Position numbers and translations under genes: made by a program. From assembly GCF_009914755.1 (NCBI RefSeq), contig NC_060946.1: DNA of 64,000 nucleotides. One strand, given 5' to 3'. Positions within the stretch are counted from its first letter, which is position 1. The number at the start of each line of letters is the position of its first letter. This document shows positions 39,622-63,320 of this stretch, piece by piece. The notes beneath the pieces were generated by a model. It did no database searches. It was not told the DNA's origin and saw nothing but the letters and a program-made list of their open reading frames with translations. Source of the DNA: the human T2T-CHM13v2.0 reference genome, Homo sapiens.

Positions 39622-41740
39622 ATGGGTCACGCAGAGTCTAAACATTATGCTTATCTCTGCTATATTAAATTCCTGTTAAAATGGGGGAGTTCGGGTTCCC
39701 ATGGAAAATATGGTCACCCTATTCAGGGCAGTGGAAGAACACTGTCCTTGGTTTCCTGAAAAGGGAACGTTAGATGTGGAACTATGGGATCATGTTGGTG
39801 CAAAATTCCGAGAACTGGTCCCAACAGGAAATTATGTTCCTGTCACTGTTTGGGGTGATTGGGCCTTGGTACGTGCCATCCTAATGACATACCAATCCCG
39901 TGACACCCTGCAGTTACCACAGTTTTCTGAATCTGGCCACCCTCTACCTCTTCCTCAGCTTTCCTCTCCCACTCGGCCTTCATTATCTGCTCAGCCCCTC
40001 CCTTTGCCTACTCCTCCCCCACCTGACGATACTGAGGATTCAATATCTAACTCCAGTGACTTTGGCTTAACATCACCCCCTGATGATCTTATTTCTTTTC
40101 ACGAAGAGCCGACACTTGTAGCTCCTGCGGCCCCAACTCAGACAGCCCAGGACCATATCTATGCTAACTCTTCCCTCTCCAAACCTTTACAGTCTTTGCC
40201 TCCGGAGCCATCCAAACTACAATTTACCTGTAATTCTGCAGGCCCTCCCCCATCCACCACAGCCCCTCACCCTCCTATCATTTTGGTCCCTCAACCGGTC
40301 ACTTTGCCATCCACTCAACCTGCTTCTCTGTACCCTTCTTCATGCAGGGACACCCCTGCCACTCTGGTTGTGCAGGACTGGGCCAGTAATCACCAGTATG
40401 CTTCTGCCTCTTCTGCTCCCCCAATGCCCCTTTCTCACACTCTTATACCAGTCCGACCCCGTCAATCTCAGTTTCTCTTATCTATACATACTTTTCCTGT
40501 CACTTCTATGCCGACTCTATCTCATGTGCCTGCTCTTGAAACTTTCATGCAATGCTTATTACGCCAAAACAAACAAGTAGATTAGAGGCGTGGGCTTATT
40601 CGGTCATGCTGGAACCTCCTAATGCTCAAGGGGTACAAGTGTGTCGATATACGCCGCTCAATCTTACCTTTTTAAAAGAATTCAAGGATGCTTGTACTCA
40701 GTATGTTCCTACTTCTCCATATGTTAAAACGGTATTACAGACTCTTTGTACCGAGGTCATTTTGCTTCCTATAGACTGCGACCTTTTGGCAAAAGCTGTT
40801 CTAACTCCATCTCAGCATTTACAATTCCATACCTGGTGGTCAGAGGAGGCCCGCCTGCAGGCTCAGCTAAATCGGGCTGATGGCATTCCAATTACTCAGG
40901 CTCAGCTCACAGGCTCCGATAATTACTCTGATACTACTGCTCATTTAGGCTTTGATGCTCTCACCACGGAACAAGTAACAAAGGTGTGTATGAGAGCTTG
41001 GGATAAATTACGCACCCCAGGCCAAGCTTCTGTTTCTTTTACTATTGTTAAACAGGGTCACAATGAATTATATCTTGATTTTTTAGCTAAATTACAAGAT
41101 GCTGTTGAAAAATCTGTCTCTGATGAGCACACTCAAGGTATTCTTCTTCATATGTTAGCTTTTCAAAATGCGAACCATGAGTGTAAAATGGCCGTGCATT
41201 CCATCCTACGTCAAAATTTACCTGATCATGAGGTGTTGCCTGCATATATTAAAGCTTGTGAAGGCGTTGGATCGGAGACCCACAGAGCTATTCTGTGGGC
41301 ACCGGCCATGAAGCACGGCAACCAAACTGGCTCGACTGATTCTTTTCTTGGAGCCTGCTATAATTGTGGCCAACTTGGTCATACCCAAAAAAACTACACT
41401 GTTAAAAACTTAAAAGCGGCCAAGCCGGCTCAACAAACACGGCCAAATGCTCCTGCTACTGTTTGCCTGCGTTGTCGTAAGGGTAAACATTGGGCAAGTA
41501 CTTGCCACTCAGTCTGATATAGATGAAAATCCCTTGCCACAGAACCAGGGAAACAGGAAGCAAGGCCAGTCCCAGGCCCCAATATCAAATGGGACACCTC
41601 GGACTCAGACCAATGTTGTGTTTTTGCGTCAAGCAGTCCCAACGCAGCCCCCAGCACAAACAAATTTACCTACAGCCAATCCAGATGGGTCCCAGCCTCT
41701 TCTTCTGTCTCAGTACAATGCTTGTCTACCTCCACAGTAG
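39622..41740 (+). pseudogene. gag: HML-8 gag (frameshifted): MA / Pro-rich region / CA / NC
   Basis: MGHAESK start then a frameshift; ORF 39701-40585 has CPWFPEKGTLD (betaretroviral MA); ORF 40552-41517 has the MHR VKQGHNELYLDFLAKL and Zn knuckles CYNCGQLGH and CLRCRKGKHWASTC. Confidence 0.9.
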
Positions 41741-42563
41741 GCAGCAGGGCGGTCGATCTCTGTAGTACCATTCCTCTAAATTTACTACCTAATTCTTTGC
41801 CTTTAATTGTCCCCATGGGGGTCACTGGCCCTTTACCTCAAGGTTCGGTGGGCCTGGTGTTAGGCAGGGCATCCACCTCATGATACTAAAGGTATCATAG
41901 TTCATACTAGTCTCATTAATTCTGATTCCTCTGATGAGATTAAACTTATGTAAACTTATGGTGTCTGCCAAAGTTCCTGTTTCCATTCCGGCCAGTGAGT
42001 CAATTGCTCAATTACTTTTACTACCTAACATTGTTTTAAACAAAGGAGATAAGACATGGGGCCCTGGGATGGGCTCCAGCGGTGAAAAAGCCGCTTATTG
42101 GATTAATGTAATTTCTAAACAATGGCCTACCTGCACCATACACATTCAAGGAAAAAAGGTTGAGGGCCTAGTTGATACTGGGGCTGATGTTTCTATTATT
42201 TCCTCTAATTTATGGCCTTCCTCCTGGCTTAAACATCCCACTAACATGAAACTAGAAGGTGTTAGAAAAGCTGAAGAAGTTCACCAGAGCACATTTATCT
42301 TGGCTTGCACTGGCCCTGATGGTCAAAAGGGAACAATTCAGCCTTATATCATGCCCATCCCCATTAATCTTCGGGGCAGAGATTTGCTGGCACAAATTGG
42401 GGCTGAAATTAATATTCCACATAACTTTTACAGTGCTCCCAGTCAACATATAATGGAAAACATGGGGTTTGTTTCCAGACTCGGTCTCGGTCCAAAACGT
42501 GAAAAAATTACTAAACCTCTTCAAGTTACTGTAAAAGAAGACAAGGCTGGTTTAAAAGCATAA
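41740..42563 (+). pseudogene. pro: HML-8 pro (degenerate dUTPase, aspartyl protease, G-patch)
   Basis: ORF 41934-42563 has IAQLLLLP, LVDTGADVS, GRDLL and MENMGF...GLG. Confidence 0.9.
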
Positions 42564-44376
<1,813 letters not shown>

Positions 44377-45391
44377 CGCCAGCACGGGTGCATTTAACCT
44401 TCCTGAGCTTGCCCACCTGACGCATGCAGCCAAGAAGCTTTGAAAGATGGAGTGCCCTGGCTGAGGGTTCCAGGTCTCAGCAAGGCCACGAGGTGGTGAC
44501 TGCCTCCCAGAACTCTGTTGGGCCACCCTCCGTCCTGGAGACCCCCAAAACCTCCATAGCACCAACTCTGCCCATTCACACACACAGTCAGCCCTCCCTC
44601 CCGAGTCCACCGCGGGCAGAGGGCCAGCCACCATGCCTCCCATAGCCGCCATCCCTGGGAAGGAGCCCTGACCCCGTCCTTACACCCCTCTACACTCACT
44701 GCCTGTGGGGAGAGCTGCTCGCTGTCACAAGCATCCAGGGGGCTGGGTCGAGGGGCCCCCTGCATGGTGGGGGACCATGTTGTCGTGCATGGAATGAAAC
44801 TGGCCACACATAACAGATATGGTGGCGCTCTGGTCGGATCTAGGGGAGTCTGTCCTACAGGATGAGGCTTGAACTGTCCTGAGTGACCAGACACCCAGCC
44901 TCTGCTTCGAGTGCTCAGTTATGATTATTGTCCTGATTTAGTTAACTGTTCTTCAGGGGCTCCAGGAGGACGAGTGTGTATCCTCCCATTGCTCTGTGCA
45001 GCCTCTAACCTCTAGAGTCTAGGGGTCTGGGGAGAAGTTGGGAAGTCTGGCCAGTGGGGCCGGTGCCTGGTGACCTCGGGAGGTGGGATATCATCATCTT
45101 CAGAACTGTAGTTGTTACTGGGATACCAGCTCTGGGAGACCACAGGTGCAGTCAGCACAGCAGGACCTTAGACAAGGCACCCAGCCCCAGTTTCCCCACC
45201 TGGGAAGGGGGCTACTTGTGGCTAGAAGCAGCCCGGACTCCTGAGCAAGACTAGACCAAGAGGCCGGTATGTGGACACCCCCGCGTGGGCACCCCCACGG
45301 GGACACCCTGGCCACCGCCGCGCGGACACCCTCACGAGGACACCCCGGCCGCGCGGACACCTACCGCGGGGACGCCCCGACCCCATCCTAC

Positions 45392-45494
45392 CTGCTGCGC
45401 CCCGCGCCGCGCCCCGCACCCCGCCCGCCACGGCCTGCGTCCGCCACCGGAAGCGCCCTCCTAATCCCCGCAGCGCCACCGCCATTGCCGCCAT
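45392..45494 (-). CDS. TXNRD2: TXNRD2 exon 1 (coding part, 103 nt): mitochondrial targeting peptide
   Basis: Translates MAAMAVALRGLGGRFRWRTQAVAGGVRGAARGAA, an Arg/Ala-rich presequence matching the TrxR2 N-terminus; donor CAG|gtagga at 45391. Confidence 0.97.
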
Positions 45495-45588
45495 CGTCGT
45501 GGGGCTTCTGGGGCAGCTAGGGCTGCCCGCCGCGCTGCCTGCGCCGGACCGGGGCGGGTCCAGTCCCGGGCGGGCCGTCGCGGGAGAG
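45431..45588 (+). other. COMT: COMT exon 1 (non-coding, P2/MB-COMT transcript)
   Basis: Matches the recalled COMT mRNA 5' end (CGGCCTGCGTCCGCCACCGGAAGC...CGCGGGAGAG); donor GAG|gtgaga at 45589. Start position approximate. Confidence 0.88.
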
Positions 45589-46349
45589 GTGAGAGCGCTG
45601 GCTAGACCGGGGCCGAATGCGGCCGGATTCGGGGCGGGGGCCTTCAGACCTAGGGTGGAACACTGGGATAGGGTGTGGGGAATTCGGACCGCTGTGAAGT
45701 GATCTGACGTTGGGTGGGAGTCTCCGGACTTGGGGTGGGGAATCTGGATGGGAACTGGGGAATTCGGACCTTGGGTGGGGATCTTTGGACCGGGGTGGGG
45801 TCCCCAGACTCCTTGTGGAAAGCTGAGGTTGAAGATCTGTGCTGTGATGAGGGGCTCCAGATAGCGGTGAGAGATCCCGCTTCAAGACTGGGTTGGGGGT
45901 CCAGACCAGGAGGATAAGCCTCTCCCTGGAGTAGGGCTTGACCTGGTGAGGGTGTGGTAGAGTCACAGGGGAGGGTCCCACTTGGTCCTTGGGCTGGGAT
46001 CAGACTCTCAGAGCTGGAGAGTTGCAGGAGGCCTGGGGGAGGGTCTGTGGAGCCCCAGACTCAGAGGGCCTTGGTGACTTCTCCAACAGGCTCCCTGTTG
46101 GAGGCCTTGGGGTACCCCAGGGCCTTTCCCTGCAAGAGAGAGGCTGCTCCACCAGGAAGGGGCCCAGGACTCCCCAGGGTCGGGGGGATGTGTGGTGTGC
46201 AGGACCACGTGGGAATGTTAGAGAAAGGGGAAGTCACTCCGGGCCTGCCCTGCTAACAGACCTGCTTTTTGGATTTTTCCAGCCAGGGATTTTTGTGTCC
46301 TGTTGCTTTTTATTGTTTAAAGTGACCCTCCAAGCCTGAGGGACCGTAG

Positions 46350-46874
46350 GAGCTGCCCTGCAGAGCCCAGTGAGACACTAGTTAATGCAGAAAAAACAGA
46401 TTTTACTTGGTAACTACTGACAACATGAGAAAAAGCTGGCTCCATGCTGATTTGTCTAGATGTGCCTGGAGTTTAAAGGGAGAGTGAGGGAGTGGGAAGG
46501 GGTGGGGACTCAGTAGAGTTAGGGAAACAGAAAATCACCAAAACTGGGAAGGGAGGGTTGGCCCCTGTGAAACCAACTGATCTGGGTTTGCCACTGGGGC
46601 TTACCGAAGTCAGGCCCCCAACCTCCCACAGAGACTGGGAGACAGGGGCCCCATCCTCAGGTGTTGGCTGGAACACACAGGAAATTCTTGTGGCAGCCTT
46701 GAACTTCTCAGGCAGGCACTTTAGAGGGGGCTAGGATCGTTCTGGGAATGTGGCCTTGAGCTGTTAGGAGCTATGTTAGTGTTCGTTCCAGCCTAGATAG
46801 GCCAGGGTGAGGCCCAGTGGAGAAGGGGACTCTAAGGAGCCTGGCTGGAGTGTGGGGAGGGAGGGTCTTTGTCA
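46350..46874 (-). mobile_element. MER67/MER31-type ERV1 LTR (3' LTR)
   Basis: Minus strand begins TGACAAAGACCCTCC...AGGCTCC, preceded by the purine run AGGGGGAG (PPT-like); homologous to 55310-56811. Left boundary approximate. Confidence 0.75.
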
Positions 46875-48295
46875 GCACTCCCCCTGTGCAAGAAGAGCAG
46901 AGACCTGCTTCTTTCCTCTCAACAGTCCCCGTCCATTTTCTGTTCTGTGTTGTGTTCATAAACTACCAGCGGGACCATCTGTTGAGACTTGGTAGCAAAG
47001 GATTTTTGCTGGATGATGCAAGCAGTCAAGCATTTAATGAGGAAACAAAAATAACAGGCCAGGCACAGTGGCTCATGTCTGTAATCCCAGCACTTTTGGA
47101 GGCCGAGGAGGATCACTTGAGGCCAGGAGTTTGAAACAAGCCTGGGCAACATAAAGACCCCATCTCTACAAAAAATTTAAAAATTAGCCCGGCGTGGTGG
47201 CATGGGCCTATAGTTCCAGCTACTTGGGAGGCTGAGGTGAAAAGATCGTTTGAGCCTGGGAGGCGGAGGCTGCCATGAGCCATGATCTTGCCTCTATACT
47301 CCAGCCTGAGCAACAGAGAGCCCCTATCTTTAAAAAAAAAAAAAATAATAAAATAAAAAAATAAAAAGAAAGAAAGAAATAAAAACAAAGATGAATGGAG
47401 CTGTTGATAAACCCAGTTTTTGAGCCTACAGGGCAGCAGTTGAGGTTTCTGGCCGTTGGGCCCTAACAAGGCCAGCAGGGGCACTCAGGGACTTCCTGGT
47501 GTGTGGTGTGAAGTCTGTGATGATGGCATAGGCATTGGTATCCCAGTTGTGGTTACTTTCTGGAGAGAGCATGTGGCATGCAGGAGCTGGAGGGGGGGTC
47601 TTCCTGGGCGGCCTGTGTAGCAGCAGCTCCAGGCACAAAGGCTGCCCCTGGAGAATCTGTTGTGGTTCTGAGTTCTTTCAAGTTTATATCAAGTTTTCCG
47701 GCTTCAGTCTGCAGGGCTGTTTTTTTCAGATCCTGGGGGCAAAGGGCAGCTACAAGACCACCTGAGTCCCAATAGGGATTTGAGTTCTTGGTGACACCAA
47801 GTCAGGGAGGAGACAAATTAGAAATGTCAGTCTGAAGAGAGTGGTAGGTAGCCAGATACTGAAGGAAAGTAGATGGGAGGATTTGGTAAGGGCTGACGTG
47901 TAGGAAGGCAGTGACAGTCCAAGTGACAGGCAGATCATAAAACCTCAAGGATAGGCCGGGCCCGGTGGCTCATGCCTGTAATCCCAAGCACTTCGGGAGG
48001 CCGAGGTGGGCAAATCACCCGAGTCCAGAAGTTCGAGACCAGCCTGGCTAACATGGCAAAACCCTGTCTCTACTAAAAATACAAAACATTAGCCGGGCGT
48101 GGTGGTGCACTCAGGAGGCTGAGGCGGGATAATCGCTTGAACTGGGAGGTGGGGGGCTGCAGTAAGCCGAGATCGCACCACTGCACTCCAGCCTGGGCAA
48201 CAAGAGCGAAACTCCATCTCAAAAAAGAATTAGGCCGGGAGCGGTGGCTCACGCCTGTAATCCCAGCACTTTGGGAGGCCGAGGCGGGTGGATCA

Positions 48296-48561
<266 letters not shown>

Positions 48562-49239
48562 CTAGGATCTGATAACTCCCAAGGGGGTGTTATATTTCTC
48601 CACTGAAGCATAGCATTTCTCTTTACAAACCCTTCCCTTTTGATTGAAGATAATCAAAGTGAGATTATTCTTATTTACCAAATAATTCTGGTCTCATTAA
48701 ATTTGGCCTGATTATTTACATAAATGCAGCACGAACAGTAATTGACCACACAGGCCTTTTTAAGTTTGCTGAAACTTTTAATAGGGAATCTTAGATTGAG
48801 CTTTTTAAAGCCTTTCGAGGTTAGGAAGCCAAGCCAAGAACTTCCAACCAGACTTCACCTGCAGTGTCTATAGATTTGGGTGAATTCCTCTCTTCTCGAG
48901 GTCCCTGAAATATCCCAAGGTTCCTGGGCCTTAGAACCTTGGGATATTTGGAAGTGACTTTCCTTACTCACATGTAAGACCAAGAACCCCGTAAGCCACA
49001 TACCAGGCCAAATTTTTCAAGAGCTCTTTGTAAGCAATGGCTCCACAAAGTCAACCTGAAAGCCATCTGGTCATAGCTGATTCTATGTGCATCATCCTCA
49101 AACAGGACATTCCAGTCCAAACCTTGGTAATAGAACCAGTGTTTCCAATTGTGTCCTGTTACAAGGAGAACAGATTCTTATTGAAGTTATTCAATAACTA
49201 TATTGCCATGAAAATAGAATACTCAATAATAGTTTCTGA

Positions 49240-49560
<321 letters not shown>

Positions 49561-49893
49561 TAGCAAGGATGGTCTCGCTCTCCAGACCTCGTGATCCACC
49601 CGCCTCGGCCTCCCAAAGTACTGGGATTACAGGCGTGAGCCACCGTGCCCAGCCGGGGAAAGGTTTCTTTTTTTAATATTCAGAAAATAAAACATAAAGA
49701 GCCAACAATATTCTGAACAAAAGTCATAAAAAGACTGTAATCATCCTTCAGCAGTTTACTCAGTTGCATGCAGGTACTGAATTCTTGTTCTGCTTGATCT
49801 TGGGCTAGCAGGTACATGAACCCATCTTTTCTCAACCAGTGGAGATCCTGGCTCAGTGCAGTCATGTGATCTCAAAGTTAAGAAATGCTGTCA

Positions 49894-50209
<316 letters not shown>

Positions 50210-50464
50210 CTACCCCACGGTACCTGTCATGGGCCTTTTCATTGGTCCCTTTTTGTTGAAGATGAAGCACTTTGCCCTGTAGCTGATTGCAAGAGATTTC
50301 AGGAAAGCATCAGAGTAAAACTCTAATGACAAAAGACTTAAAATAGTGTAGTTAAATATCTAATGAGAGATCATTACAAAATCAAACGATTTACAAGGAA
50401 TGTTGGTTGTTTATGACACATAGCATTTTAAATAATAACCAGAATGATGATTGCTGTTATATGA

Positions 50465-50905
<441 letters not shown>

Positions 50906-50946
50906 TAAATAACATTTTTTATTTGACAGCACCTTGCATGAAATTC

Positions 50947-51932
50947 TGTAGGGTCCAGCCCTACAGGGTCTGTGGGTTTTTCTCCCCGTGTGCAGAGATG
51001 AGAGATCGTAGAAATAAAGACACAAGACAAAGAGATAGAAGAAAAGACAGCTGGGCCCGGGGACCACTACCACCAAGATGCGGAGACCAGTAGTGGCCCC
51101 GAATGCCAGGCTGCGCTGTTATTTATTGGATACAAGACAAGGGGGCAGGGTAAGGAGTGTGAGCCATCTCCAGTGACAGGTAAGGTCACATGGGTCACGT
51201 GTCCACTGGACGGGGGCCCTTCCCTGTTTGGCAGCCGAGGCGGACAGCGAGAGGAGACAGCTTATGTCATTATTTCTGTATTTCAGAGACCTTTAGTACT
51301 TTCACTAATTTTGTTACTGCTAGTTAGAAGGCATAGCCAGGTACAGGGTGGAACATGAAAGCGGACCAGGAGCGTGACTGCTTAAGCACAGCATCACAGG
51401 GAGACGGTTAGGCCTCCGGATAACTGTGGGCAGACCTGACACTCCACAAGAGGTGGTTGAGCAGAGTCTTCTCTAACTCCCACAGGGAAAGGGAGACTTC
51501 CTTTCCCGGTCTGCTAAGTAACGGGTGCTTTTTCTAGGCACTGACGCAACTGCTAGACCAAGGTCCGCTAAGTAACAGGCGTCTTCCCAGGCGCTGACGT
51601 TACCACTAGACCAAGGAGCCCTCTAGTGGCCCTGTCCGGGCATAACAGAAGGCTCACACGCTTGTCTTCTGGTCACTTCTCACCGTGTCCCTTCAGCTCT
51701 TATCACTGTATGGCCTGGTTTCTCCTAGGTTATAATTGTAGAGCGAAGATTATTATAATATTGGAATAAAGATTAATTGCTACAAACTAATGATTAACAA
51801 TATTCATATATAATCATATCTATGATCTATATCTAATGTAACTATTCTTATTTTATATATTTTCTTTATTATACTGGAACAGCTCGTGCCCTCGGTCTCT
51901 TGCCTCGGCACCTGGGCGACTTGCTGCCCACA
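50947..51932 (-). mobile_element. Solo LTR13-family (HERV-K13/HML-4) LTR, full length
   Basis: Minus strand starts TGTGGGCAGCAAGTCGCCCAGGTGCCGAGGCAAGAGACCGAGGGCACGAGC and ends ...GGACCCTACA; perfect 6-bp TSD AAATTC at 50941-50946 and 51933-51938. Confidence 0.88.
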
Positions 51933-52179
51933 AAATTCACCATTGAAATAAACCTAATTAGTTTAACATCTCTCTTATAAGGTCACAGGACAGATCCTTT
52001 GAGGTCTTCCAGGGGCCCTCCAGGAAATCTCAAGTCAGTCTGAGATCAAGACAATGTCACAGGCCACATGCAGTGGTTCACGCCTATAATCCCAACACTT
52101 TGGGAGTCCGAGGAGGGAGGATTCCTTGAGCCCAGGAGTTTGAGACCAGCCTGAGAAACATGCTGAGGCCCTGTCTCTA

Positions 52180-52669
<490 letters not shown>

Positions 52670-52739
52670 TTAAAGAAACTTTATACATAAATCCATTCAA
52701 TGATTATGAGGTCAATTCTAGCCAGCTTTGACCTCATAA

Positions 52740-53096
<357 letters not shown>

Positions 53097-53876
53097 TAAT
53101 TTTACTTCAGGACAAAATTACATCCCTTTCTTTAACAAAAACACTCTACATTCTTTGCATACTTTTCATATAAAAACACATCCTATCTTCCTCCCATACT
53201 TTGTATAGGAAATTGTTTCCCTCATTCTTATTGTTTCTAGGAGTTTTGTTTTCATATATTGATTATAATTTTTAACCATTAGTAACCGGTATTTTTTTTT
53301 TAAAGAGACAGCGTCTTGCTCTTTTGCCCAGGCTGGAGTGCAGTGGCACAATCAGGACTCACTGCACCCTTGAACTCCCGGGCTCAAGTAATTCTCCAAC
53401 CTCAGCCCCCTAAAGCACTGAGATTACAGGCATGAGTCACCACGCCCGGCCATAACTTGTATTTTACAAGTAAAACTGGGAAGAAGACAATTGGAAATTG
53501 TCTGTCATTTACCAGTTTGTTGGCAAATTTTATGAATATACCATCTTATAATCTCTAGAGGTATATCCTTTTTATAGTACAATGTTTTTAAGTGCCAAGT
53601 ACATGTTTATTAACAGACCAGAATACCTTTAGCCAGTCTGTACCATATAAAAATAAGAAGCCAAAAAGTACAAAAAGTTACGCTTAATAATGAATGTTTC
53701 AGCACTTTCTTCTCTTCAGGTATTATTTAGATATTCAATGAATGTCTATTATTTAACTTCACTTAGTATGACTCTGAGGTTGAAAGTTACTGAAAACATC
53801 TTGTAAGCTTTTTTAGGCCAATATATTATCAAACGCAATTAACAAAACACAACTCACTAGTTTATATAAGAGCTAG

Positions 53877-54089
<213 letters not shown>

Positions 54090-54621
54090 TGAACTGTGTT
54101 TCTGGCAAATTGGACAAGTTAAGGGTCACTTGCTCCATGTGAGGGGAAGGCTTTCTACCTGTATTTGTGGATAAGACCTTTACGACTTGTTTTGCCCTGA
54201 TGGATGACTACATGTTTCCAGTGAGCTCAGCTGGTTGCTTTTGTGGGTCCCTGAGGCACTGCGAGCCCCTGATGGGGCAGGAAGCCTAAAGTTCCAGGGA
54301 CCGTGGGGAGTTGAGGGGCTGGAGGGGGAAGAGAGAGGCCTGCAGCGGGGATCCACAGGTGGAGGAGGCCAGACTTGAAGGGGGTGTCTCCTTCAAGAGA
54401 AAGTAGGGAAGTATGGAGGTGATAGGAAGGGAGAGGCCTGAGAGGAGCTAGTTTGGGGAGATCTCAAGTATCCCAAAGGAGCCACTGATGTTCCAAATTA
54501 TCCTTGGTAAAGTCACATCAACAAGGAAGGAAGCAGACAGAGGCGCACTTGTTCCTTGCAGTTTTGTTTTGATGTGCTGATTAAAGTAGCGCAGAGGGCA
54601 TGATCAGCAGGGCTCCAGTAA

Positions 54622-54741
54622 GACGCTCCCACGGGAGGAGCAAGAACACAGAACAGAGGGGGCAAGACAGCTCCACCAGGAGTCAGGAGTGAATCCCCTC
54701 TGGGAACGAGGCACTAGGAAGAAGAACTTCCAGCCCAGGAG
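54622..54741 (+). other. COMT: COMT alternative non-coding first exon A
   Basis: Ends CCCAGGAG|gtaggt (good donor); resembles a recalled COMT variant 5' UTR. Start approximate. Confidence 0.65.
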
Positions 54742-54860
54742 GTAGGTAGCGTTCAGAAGAAGCCTGGGGCGGGCGCGGTGGCGCACGCCTGTAATCCCAG
54801 CACTTTGGGAGGCCGAGGCGGGCGAATCACGAGGTCAGGAGATCAAGACCATCCTGGCTA

Positions 54861-55094
<234 letters not shown>

Positions 55095-55309
55095 TTACTC
55101 AGAATCATAAAATCATTAGAAGCAATGTCTGTCCTCACTGCTGCATCCGATATTCTTCCGGACCACTGGATCACAAATCAAACCATGTGACTCCCGCATG
55201 AGCAGGCAGAGTGGAGATAACACGGATCGCTGTGTACACTGTGTGCTCCGGTTGTTGCATCCGAGGGTTGATCGGATGGTGGTTCCCATCCAGATCCAAG
55301 TCCTGGCCC

Positions 55310-62605
<7,296 letters not shown>

Positions 62606-62619
62606 ACATTTCAAACATA

Positions 62620-63320
62620 CACAAAAGCAGAGAGAATTCCCCTCGGTCCTCCGGCCTGCACCCCACCGCCCCCCACCACAGGGGCATTCAAAACTGTCTT
62701 TTTGCCTCTCTGTAAGGTAAGGGGGGACTCTTGACGCTCCCCAGACCACACAGCCAAAGTAGGGCGATCGGATCATAGGGGGTCCCGAGTCGGACACTGA
62801 GCTGGCGTGCCCACTCTCGAGTCCTGGGACCCCAAACTAAAGGAGCTGTTCCTTTTCCCCATGGAGGGCTGACGGGGCAAAATCCCAGGGCTGGGAACAT
62901 CCGAGCAGCTTTGAGTAGCACAGGTGGGTTTCTACGTGGCTTTCTTTAAAGGGAGGCCTGATTCTCGGCTTTTCAGGACCCGCCCTCCATTTTCTCACTT
63001 GCCTGCTCTTTCGTCCTGCGAAACTGGGCAGTGGCCGGTGACAGCGCAGGGTCAGCCCTCGGATGGCCAGGTGGGCGTGATCCCACCCTCCTCCGTGGCT
63101 GGGTGGGCGTGGTCCCAAAGTCAATTGGATGTGGTCCCGCGTCCCTCCCGGCCCAGTGGGCGGGGCCTCCCCTTCTGGGGCCTCCCATCCCACACCAGCG
63201 AGCAGAGAGGAGGGTGGGCGGGGAGGCCCTACGGGGCTGGGGCGGGGCGGAGCGGAGGTGGTTAGCTGTCGGGAGGTGGGGTGGGCAGGGGCCAGGGCTC
63301 TGTTGGTGGCCCGGGGCAGC
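62620..63320. promoter_or_regulatory. GC/CpG-rich promoter- or enhancer-like element in distal COMT intron 1
   Basis: Local CpG enrichment, GC boxes (GGGCGGGG near 63157, 63216, 63240; GGGCGTG twice) and inverted CCAAT (ATTGG at 63124). Confidence 0.55.

Larger units (their letters stand above)
45260..45700. promoter_or_regulatory. CpG island / shared bidirectional TXNRD2-COMT(P2) promoter
   Basis: Very high GC and CpG density; GC boxes (GGGGCGGG near 45551 and 45631); ETS-like CCGGAAG at 45447; no TATA box; two overlapping first exons. Confidence 0.9.

Noticed and set aside
44410-44422. CACCTG as the right-hand TSD of the HML-8 provirus
   Set aside because: Not preceded by an LTR end nor followed by the remainder of the host Alu; a chance hexamer.
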